IMG/VR virus record: IMGVR_UViG_2698536570_000001
DNA from: a virus
Taxonomy: Duplodnaviria; Heunggongvirae; Uroviricota; Caudoviricetes
Reading direction: 5' to 3' (one strand)
Length of the DNA stretch: 32,404 nt
The position numbers and the translations under genes are program-made. Below, piece after piece: positions 26,332 through 32,404 of the stretch (position 1 is the stretch's first letter; the number at the start of each line of letters is the position of its first letter). The notes below the pieces were generated by a model, which had not been told where the DNA came from, made no database searches, and saw only the letters and a list, made by a program, of their open reading frames with translations.

Positions 26332-26750
26332 TCGTACCTCCTGTCGGTAAATCTGACGCCCTGACCAATAGCCCATGCTGTCGTGTACTCAATCAGACTT
26401 GCCATACGCTTCACACTCATCTGCGCGCTACTTTCGCGAATGTTGACGTATTCGCCTTCAAGGCCGGGCAAAACATCAGCTTCCTGCTTTGTTGCCACTG
26501 CATGACCGCTAATCAACAAAACCTTCCATTGTTCTGGTTTTAACCATTTGCCGCACCATTGAACCTGACGTGCGATATCCGCCAGCATCGCGTGAAATTT
26601 TGCGTTCTGGTCAAGGTTGCGCTTGTAGTCAGTAATGCGGATGGTAACTGGCTTGTCTTTATCGAGTGGTGTTGCGAGGATGGCGGTGATTGCGGCTTGC
26701 TGTTGTTGCTTACTCCTGAGGAAAATTGTCTGTTTCATGGAATTCCTCAA
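26328..26750 (-). CDS. ninB: NinB / Orf-family recombination protein
   Basis: 140 aa, pattern ([25 protein letters not shown]) similar to recalled lambda NinB (LDQNRKLWACLGDVSRQVEWHGRWL). First prophage gene after the IS66 element. Confidence 0.8.
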   Translation of the reverse strand: MRNSMKQTIFLRSKQQQQAAITAILATPLDKDKPVTIRITDYKRNLDQNAKFHAMLADIARQVQWCGKWLKPEQWKVLLISGHAVATKQEADVLPGLEGEYVNIRESSAQMSVKRMASLIEYTTAWAIGQGVRFTDRRYE

Positions 26751-26865
26751 TATGTGTAAAGGCTATATCCGTTTTTATTTGTCCTGGTGCCATAGCCATA
26801 TAGGCGTAAGCGTCGTCTCAGCACCGTCTGGCAGATCCTGAAATTCCTGAGAGGATAATGGACAC

Positions 26866-26915
26866 NNNNNNNNNNNNNNNNNNNNNNNNNNNNNNNNNNN
26901 NNNNNNNNNNNNNNN
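26866..26915. other. Assembly gap (50 N) inside the IS66 left end
   Basis: Run of exactly 50 n characters. Confidence 0.99.
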
Positions 26916-27293
26916 AAAAGCCCTAATTATCCCGTTGAGTTCAAAATCAAAATGGTTGAACTCTCGCATCGACCAGAGATCTCCGTAGCGCAACTCGCTC
27001 GTGAGCATGGGATCAACGATAATTTGCTGTTCAAGTGGCGCCAGTACTGGCGCGAAGGAAAACTACGTCCTCCTTCAACAACAGAAAACAACGTGCCTGA
27101 GCTGCTCCCGATAACACTTGATGCCGAAGATGTTGTCCCTGCAACCTCCCCCCGGTCACAACCTGTAGCTGCTGCGGCACCTGAATCACTCAATATCAGC
27201 TGTGAAGTGACGTTCCGGCACGGATCACTCCGTCTGAATGGTGCCATCAGCGAAAATATCCTGAACCTGCTGATACGGGAGCTCAAACGTTGA
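26916..27293 (+). CDS. tnpA: IS66 TnpA (orf1), 5'-truncated by the gap
   Basis: The reading frame is open from the gap edge (KSPNYPVEFKIKMVELSHRPEISVAQLAREHGINDNLLFKW). HTH-type transposase accessory protein; the true N-terminus is probably in the gap. Confidence 0.7.
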   Translation, partial: KSPNYPVEFKIKMVELSHRPEISVAQLAREHGINDNLLFKWRQYWREGKLRPPSTTENNVPELLPITLDAEDVVPATSPRSQPVAAAAPESLNISCEVTFRHGSLRLNGAISENILNLLIRELKR

Positions 27294-27637
27294 TCCCATT
27301 ACCATCAGGGACAAAGATCTGGCTGGTCGCTGGCATCACCGATATGAGAAACGGCTTCAACGGCCTGGCGGCAAAGGTGCAGACGATGCTGAAAGACGAT
27401 CCGATGTCAGGTCACGTTTTTATCTTCCGTGGGCGTAATGGCAGTCAGGTAAAGCTCCTCTGGTCTACCGGCGATGGACTGTGTCTGCTGACCAAACGGC
27501 TGGAGCGCGGCCGCTTCGCCTGGCCGTCAGCCCGGGATGGCAAAGTGTTCCTCACACCGGCACAGCTGGCGATGCTCCTTGAAGGTATCGACTGGCGGCA
27601 GCCTAAAAGACTGCTTACGTCACTGACTATGTTGTAG
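27290..27637 (+). CDS. tnpB: IS66 TnpB (orf2)
   Basis: 115 aa (IPLPSGTKIWLVAGITDMRNGFNGLAAKVQ...) matching the recalled IS66 Orf2 signature. Apparent TTG start overlapping the tnpA stop. Confidence 0.85.
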   Translation: MIPLPSGTKIWLVAGITDMRNGFNGLAAKVQTMLKDDPMSGHVFIFRGRNGSQVKLLWSTGDGLCLLTKRLERGRFAWPSARDGKVFLTPAQLAMLLEGIDWRQPKRLLTSLTML

Positions 27638-27685
27638 GCCTCTTTATCCTGGTCGACGCTGAATGAGCCTGGTAATATACCCGGT

Positions 27686-29224
27686 ATGAACAGCTTACTT
27701 CCTGACGATATCGATGAACTGAAACGTCTCCTTGCCGAACAGGAGGCGCTGAACCGTGCCCTTCTGGAAAAGCTGAACGAGCGTGAACGCGAAATAGATC
27801 ACCTGCAGGCGCAACTGGATAAGCTGCGCCGGATGAACTTCGGCAGCCGCTCCGAAAAAGTCTCCCGCCGTATCGCGAAGATGGAAGCCGACCTTAAGCA
27901 GTTGCAGAAAGAAAGCGATACCCTTACCGGCCGGGTGGATGACCCGGCCGTGCAGCGCCCGCTGCGGCAGACCCGTACCCGCAAACCGTTCCCTGAATCA
28001 CTTCCCCGTGACGAAAAACGGCTGCTGCCGGCAGCGTCATGCTGCCCGGAATGTGGTGGTGCGCTGAGTTACCTGGGTGAAGATGCCGCCGAACAGCTGG
28101 AGCTGATGCGCAGCGCCTTCCGGGTTATCCGGACAGTACGTGAAAAGCATGCCTGTACTCAGTGCGATGCCATCGTGCAGGCCCCCGCGCCTTCACGGCC
28201 CATCGAGCGGGGTATCGCAGGACCGGGGCTGCTGGCCCGCGTGCTGAGTTCAAAGTATGCAGAGCACACCCCGCTGTACCGCCAGTCTGAAATATACGGC
28301 CGCCAGGGTGTGGAGCTGAGCCGCTCACTGCTGTCGGGCTGGGTGGATGCGTGTTGCCGGCTACTGTCACCGCTGGAAGGGGCGCTTCAGGACTATGTGC
28401 TGACTGACGGTAAGCTCCATGCTGATGACACGCCTGTCCCGGTGCTGTTGCCAGGTAATAAGAAAACGAAGACCGGGCGGTTGTGGACGTACGTTCGTGA
28501 CGACCGTAACGCCGGGTCAGAGCTGGCGCCGGCAGTGTGGTTCGCTTACAGCCCGGACAGAAAAGGTATCCACCCGCAGAGCCATCTCGCTGGCTTCAGC
28601 GGTGTTCTGCAGGCGGATGCGTACGCCGGGTTCAACGAACTGTACCGCAATGGACAGATAACGGAAGCTGCCTGCTGGGCTCATGCCCGCCGCAAGATCC
28701 ACGATGTGCACGTTCGCACCCCGTCAGCGCTGACGGAGGAAGCCCTGAAACGGATCGGTGAGTTATATGCCATCGAGGCGGAAATAAGGGGGATGCCGGC
28801 GAAGCGACGCCTTGCAGAACGTCAGCAAAAAGCTAAACCGCGGCTGAAATCCCTGGAAAGCTGGCTGCGTGAAAAGGTGAAAACGCTGTCGCGACACTCA
28901 GAACTGGCGAAAGCGTTCACGTACGTACTGAACCAGTGGCCGGCGCTGGCTTACTATACTGACGACGGCTGGGCCGAGGCAGATAACAACATAGCTGAGA
29001 ATGCGCTACGGATGGTCAGCCTGGGCCGCAAAAACTACCTGTTCTTCGGTTCGGATCATGGAGGAGAGCGGGGAGCGCTGCTGTACAGCCTGATCGGGAC
29101 ATGCAAACTGAACGGAGTGGAGCCAGAAAGCTACCTTCGCCATGTGCTTGATGTTATAGCTGACTGGCCGATAAACCGGGTCAGCGAACTACTCCCCTGG
29201 CGCGTAGCACTGCCAACTGAATAA
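27686..29224 (+). CDS. tnpC: IS66-family transposase TnpC (orf3)
   Basis: 512 aa with an N-terminal coiled coil/leucine zipper, a zinc-finger-like CPECGG...CTQCD, and the conserved IS66 catalytic region. Confidence 0.9.
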   Translation: MNSLLPDDIDELKRLLAEQEALNRALLEKLNEREREIDHLQAQLDKLRRMNFGSRSEKVSRRIAKMEADLKQLQKESDTLTGRVDDPAVQRPLRQTRTRKPFPESLPRDEKRLLPAASCCPECGGALSYLGEDAAEQLELMRSAFRVIRTVREKHACTQCDAIVQAPAPSRPIERGIAGPGLLARVLSSKYAEHTPLYRQSEIYGRQGVELSRSLLSGWVDACCRLLSPLEGALQDYVLTDGKLHADDTPVPVLLPGNKKTKTGRLWTYVRDDRNAGSELAPAVWFAYSPDRKGIHPQSHLAGFSGVLQADAYAGFNELYRNGQITEAACWAHARRKIHDVHVRTPSALTEEALKRIGELYAIEAEIRGMPAKRRLAERQQKAKPRLKSLESWLREKVKTLSRHSELAKAFTYVLNQWPALAYYTDDGWAEADNNIAENALRMVSLGRKNYLFFGSDHGGERGALLYSLIGTCKLNGVEPESYLRHVLDVIADWPINRVSELLPWRVALPTE

Positions 29225-29265
29225 CACATCCCCGTCAATACGGTTCTCGCTGCACGCTTACGGTG

Positions 29266-29315
29266 NNNNNNNNNNNNNNNNNNNNNNNNNNNNNNNNNNN
29301 NNNNNNNNNNNNNNN
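29266..29315. other. Assembly gap (50 N) at the IS66 right end
   Basis: Run of exactly 50 n characters. Confidence 0.99.
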
Positions 29316-29608
29316 GGTGATGCTGACTAAATTGCTTGGTGTGTATTGCGTAGGTGTGTATTACTGGAATATTGGGGTTTATGTACTGATATATATTAAC
29401 AATCCGTCACGTATTAATACTCAACATTCAGGCCAGATGCGGTTTGATATTTCATTGTGTTAAATTATTTACTCCGAAGTTAATGTCGTCTGAAAAAAAT
29501 GATTAAGGGGTGGCTATAACTTATTTCAATCACGGTGCATGATCAGAGTGTCATTTAAAATTAAGCAGCAAAAAAGGCATGGAATTTGATAAACACAGTC
29601 CAAAATAT

Positions 29609-29815
29609 TTAATTTCTGGAATCATTAATTTTAGCCTGCAACCACTCCTCCAGGTCGCTTTTTAACCAGCGAGAAGCTCTACCCATCTTAATGGGTTTCG
29701 GAAATACCCCTTCCTGTATCAACTTATAGAACCATTTATCACTCAGGCCAGTAAGGCGTGTGATAAACTTCATATCGATGAACTCATCTTCCAGTAGTGC
29801 AGGTTTAGTTTTCAT
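29609..29815 (-). CDS. alpA: AlpA-family transcriptional regulator (prophage/island excision regulator-like)
   Basis: 68 aa with the AlpA-family pattern (ITRLTGLSDKWFYKLIQEGVFPKPIKMGRASRWLKSDLEEWL). Confidence 0.8.
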   Translation of the reverse strand: MKTKPALLEDEFIDMKFITRLTGLSDKWFYKLIQEGVFPKPIKMGRASRWLKSDLEEWLQAKINDSRN

Positions 29816-30120
29816 GCTGAGTGTCCCATTGCGAGAAGAGCACCGGAGCAGGCGATAACTAATTGTTCACGCCTTCTCCTCCACATGAATGGGGTGTGAC
29901 GTAAAAAAAGATCTGGAAGGAGCAGTTGAGCTACCCAACTAAGAATGCATAGATACGGAAAACCTCGTGTAACGCTGTTCTCTGACCGTTACAATTTGAC
30001 GGATGTCGAAACTTTGTAGAGTGCAACCATGAAAATTATTCAGAGTGGTGAGTTGATCAGTACTCTCCCCCAATTTACCAGAGGCAGAAAAATCACAGGA
30101 GGCAACCAGCCATTAATCAC

Positions 30121-30138
30121 TTACTAATCAGTTAGTAA
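30121..30138. promoter_or_regulatory. Inverted repeat (TTACTAA-tcag-TTAGTAA) in the divergent alpA/orphan-gene intergenic region; candidate operator
   Basis: 7-bp perfect inverted arms with a 4-bp spacer, about 125 bp upstream of the orphan gene ATG. Confidence 0.3.
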
Positions 30139-30264
30139 TCACTACTTTATCATTAAAAAATCAGCAAAAAACCAGTCAACAGTCACCTTGCAGATGCCAA
30201 ATCATCATGGTTCATTTATACTTTTGAAAGCATCGGACAGATGTGATATCACACTGGAGGGTAC

Positions 30265-31191
30265 ATGCTTAGGTATGACGAAGTGAGAGAGGAGTTCTTT
30301 TCCCTTTACGTTCTGAGTCTGTATTACAACGAAGATTACATTAAGCAGGCGAGTAATTTTGACACGCCTGAGGAATTTCAAAAACTCATTAATCATATAT
30401 TGAACACTAAATTCCCATTCAATAATGAAGCAATACAAAGTGCGTGTGCTTACTTGAAAAAACAGTTCCATTACAAAATCATTGACAAAGAGAAGTTCGA
30501 TTGTTTCAAAGGTTCTGATAGAGGATCGTGGTTTGCCTTAATGTATATATATAACAACAGAATCAGTCCTGAAACCTCCTCGAACGTGAATATCTTTGCA
30601 CAAGATAATATTTACAACCCAAACTCAACTTCTGCATCCTTTTTTGAATTTGAAAACATTGATGAAATTAAAAATTTCTCACTTGATGAAGCGCAAGCCG
30701 AAATGCAGGTGGGCATTTCTCCTAGCAAAAAAGGAAAGGATAGAGACATACCGGAAAAATATACGCGTGACTTTTACTTTTCACTTGGCGCAGACCCCAA
30801 AGAATACAGCCCAAACACAACATCTGAACAAGAGCGAATTTGTATCCTGATGAGGTTTATCGATTTTGCACCTGCAAGCTTAAAGAAGAAAATTTCTTAT
30901 TTTCGCAAGTTGCATGATAAATGGTTAAATCAATATAATACATTCCTTACTGATTATGACTGGTTAGATAAAAAAGATGAAGAACAAGCCATCTATTGCT
31001 GGGAGTATCTGAGAAATAAAAACATGATCCCCCTCTATTTAAAACCATATAACACTGCAATGAGAATACAGATGATCATTGCATGCATGGATAGTTGGGA
31101 CACTGGAGTTGAAGAAAAATATTTCTTTATTCAGAAAATGAAGCATGCTTGGCAGCAGGCTGTTTCATCACGTAAAAAAGACAAAAAGTAG
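30265..31191 (+). CDS. AT-rich orphan protein (308 aa), function unknown; island cargo
   Basis: Long ORF with ATG at 30265 and GGAGGG just upstream. Strongly AT-rich compared with flanking genes. No signal peptide, transmembrane segment or recognisable catalytic motif; rich in N/K/Y/D/E/F. Confidence 0.55.
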   Translation: MLRYDEVREEFFSLYVLSLYYNEDYIKQASNFDTPEEFQKLINHILNTKFPFNNEAIQSACAYLKKQFHYKIIDKEKFDCFKGSDRGSWFALMYIYNNRISPETSSNVNIFAQDNIYNPNSTSASFFEFENIDEIKNFSLDEAQAEMQVGISPSKKGKDRDIPEKYTRDFYFSLGADPKEYSPNTTSEQERICILMRFIDFAPASLKKKISYFRKLHDKWLNQYNTFLTDYDWLDKKDEEQAIYCWEYLRNKNMIPLYLKPYNTAMRIQMIIACMDSWDTGVEEKYFFIQKMKHAWQQAVSSRKKDKK

Positions 31192-31297
31192 ATCAAGTTA
31201 ATAATTTTCAGATATATATCATCCCTTTGAACATACCAGATTAACGGTGGAATCTCACGATTCTGCCGTTTTTGTATTATTTTTCAGAGGAGTAGTA

Positions 31298-32161
31298 ATG
31301 AACAATTCTGAAGGATTGAAGCCGTTTCAGCAATCGCTCGCTGGTCTGCCACAGTGGGTGTCTGAACGTATATTGCAGCAGATAAATCAGTTAACCCGCT
31401 ACGAGCCAGTGATCGGCATTATGGGTAAAACCGGTGTTGGGAAGAGCAGTCTGTGCAATGCCCTGTTTGCCGGAGATATATCACCGGTCAGCGATGTGGC
31501 TGCATGTACCCGTGAGCCACTGCGCTTTCGCCTGCAAGTCGGCGACCGCTATATGACGCTGGTGGACCTGCCCGGCGTGGGCGAAAGTGGTGCTCGCGAT
31601 ACCGAGTATGCTGCGCTGTACCGCGAACAGCTTCCTCGCCTCGACCTGGTACTGTGGCTGATTAAGGCCGATGACCGGGCGCTGACGGTGGATGAACATT
31701 TTTATCATCAGGTGATTGGAGAGGTATACCGGCATAAGGTGCTGTTTGTTATCAGCCAGTCGGATAAGGCCGAACCCACCAGCGGTGGGGGACCGTTGTC
31801 CACGGCGCAGAAGCAGAATATCAGCCGTAAAATCTGTCTGCTGCATGAGCTGTTCCAGCCCGTACATCCGGTGTGTGCCGTGTCGGTCCGTCTTCAGTGG
31901 GGACTGCGGGTGATGGCCGAGCGAATGATTAAGTGCCTGCCACGTGAGGCCACCAGCCCGGTGGTGTCGCAACTCCATCCTTCCTTTCGCACGACGGTAG
32001 TCCGGGAACAGGCTCGTAGCGATTTTGGTGAAACCGTCGGGGCCGTACTCGATAGCATCAGTGCCTTTCCCCTGATACCCGCCCCGGTGCGGGCCGTCAT
32101 TCAGGCCGTGCGCACCACCGTGGTGTCAGTGGCCCGTGCCGTCTGGGATTTCTTCTTCTGA
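31298..32161 (+). CDS. YfjP/YkfA/YeeP-family GTPase (CP4-type island backbone)
   Basis: Internal ATG at 31298 with GAGG 7 nt upstream gives a 287-aa product. P-loop GKTGVGKSS and close match to recalled E. coli YfjP (MNNSEGLK...QWVSERILQQINQLT...). Confidence 0.85.
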   Translation: MNNSEGLKPFQQSLAGLPQWVSERILQQINQLTRYEPVIGIMGKTGVGKSSLCNALFAGDISPVSDVAACTREPLRFRLQVGDRYMTLVDLPGVGESGARDTEYAALYREQLPRLDLVLWLIKADDRALTVDEHFYHQVIGEVYRHKVLFVISQSDKAEPTSGGGPLSTAQKQNISRKICLLHELFQPVHPVCAVSVRLQWGLRVMAERMIKCLPREATSPVVSQLHPSFRTTVVREQARSDFGETVGAVLDSISAFPLIPAPVRAVIQAVRTTVVSVARAVWDFFF

Positions 32162-32252
32162 GTATTTAACCCATCCCTGTTACTTCCCTGCCCCTGTCGC
32201 CGATGCGACGGGGATTTCTTTTATTTGTTTTCCCATTATGAGGAGTCTGCTT

Positions 32253-32404
32253 ATGACCCGTCTGGCTTCGCGCTTTGGCGCAGCAAACCTTATCCGTCGC
32301 GACCGTCCGTTAACCCGTGAAGAGCTGTTTCGCGTAGTGCCCAGTGTATTCAGTGAGGACAAACACGAGTCCCGTAGTGAGCGTTATACCTATATACCCA
32401 CCAT
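32253..32404 (+). CDS. DUF932 (YfjQ-like) protein, 5' portion only; runs off the window
   Basis: ATG at 32253 with AGGAG upstream. Translation MTRLASRFGAANLIRRDRPLTREELFRVVPSVFSEDKHESRSERYTYIPT matches the recalled YfjQ N-terminus. Confidence 0.55.
   Translation, partial: MTRLASRFGAANLIRRDRPLTREELFRVVPSVFSEDKHESRSERYTYIPT

Larger units (their letters stand above)
26806..29261 (+). mobile_element. IS66-family insertion sequence (tnpA-tnpB-tnpC), interrupted by a 50-N gap; ends approximate
   Basis: Three-ORF IS66 architecture. Left end candidate GTAAGCGTCGTCTCAGCACCG at 26806; right end ...CGCTTAC at 29261, whose reverse complement also begins GTAAGCG. Imperfect terminal inverted repeats. Confidence 0.75.

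Noticed and set aside
26775-27008. ORFs spanning the N runs (26775-27008 on minus; 29263-29463 on plus)
   Set aside because: Artefacts of translating through assembly gaps (the X residues); not real genes.
30030-30128. 32-aa mini-ORF (MKIIQSGELISTLPQFTRGRKITGGNQPLITY) in the alpA/orphan intergenic region with a -35-like TTGACG upstream
   Set aside because: No Shine-Dalgarno sequence, suboptimal promoter spacing and no recognisable motif. Too short to support without expression data.
30205-30471. 88-aa minus-strand ORF overlapping the 5' end of the 308-aa orphan gene
   Set aside because: Antisense to the much longer plus-strand ORF and lacks a convincing start context; most likely spurious.
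32180-32362. 60-aa minus-strand ORF at the right edge
   Set aside because: Overlaps, in antisense, the start of the DUF932/YfjQ-like gene, whose N-terminal translation matches a recalled protein; the plus-strand gene is preferred.
1-32404. CRISPR arrays and tRNA or rRNA genes
   Set aside because: The only tandem repeats are a 10-bp x4 array and in-frame 21-bp coding repeats, neither with spacer architecture. No cloverleaf-like tRNA or rRNA-like sequence was recognised by eye, though a tRNA scan would be needed to exclude a tRNA or att-site tRNA fragment.

Overview
The window is mostly the late (right) arm of a mosaic lambdoid prophage, encoded almost entirely on the minus strand. Read in transcription order (high to low coordinates) it runs: nin-region genes (NinB, NinE, Rha/KilAC antirepressor, DUF1364, RusA, NinH), a short Q-like antiterminator, a near lambda-identical S holin and R endolysin, non-lambda overlapped Rz/Rz1 spanins, a predicted HExxH metallopeptidase, terminase, portal, Mu-F-like head morphogenesis protein, capsid genes, then a contractile tail (sheath, tube, chaperone, tape measure, baseplate gpD/V/W/J/I-like proteins) and a tail fibre, closing with a terminator at about 184-217. 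An IS66-family insertion sequence (tnpA/tnpB/tnpC, about 26806-29261) sits immediately upstream of ninB and is bracketed by two 50-N assembly gaps, so adjacency to flanking DNA is unproven. The right end (29316-32404) is the start of a CP4-57-like island: an AlpA-family regulator, an AT-rich 308-aa orphan gene, a YfjP/YkfA-family GTPase and the start of a DUF932 (YfjQ-like) gene. No CRISPR array, rRNA or tRNA was recognised by eye. No known defence system is recognisable; the strongest candidates for something undescribed are the orphan gene in the island cargo slot, a two-gene secreted-protein moron cassette inside the baseplate operon, and the metallopeptidase-like gene between lysis and packaging. 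All homology calls rest on recalled family signatures and synteny, not on database searches. The ORF track accepts non-ATG starts, so start codons are approximate unless stated.
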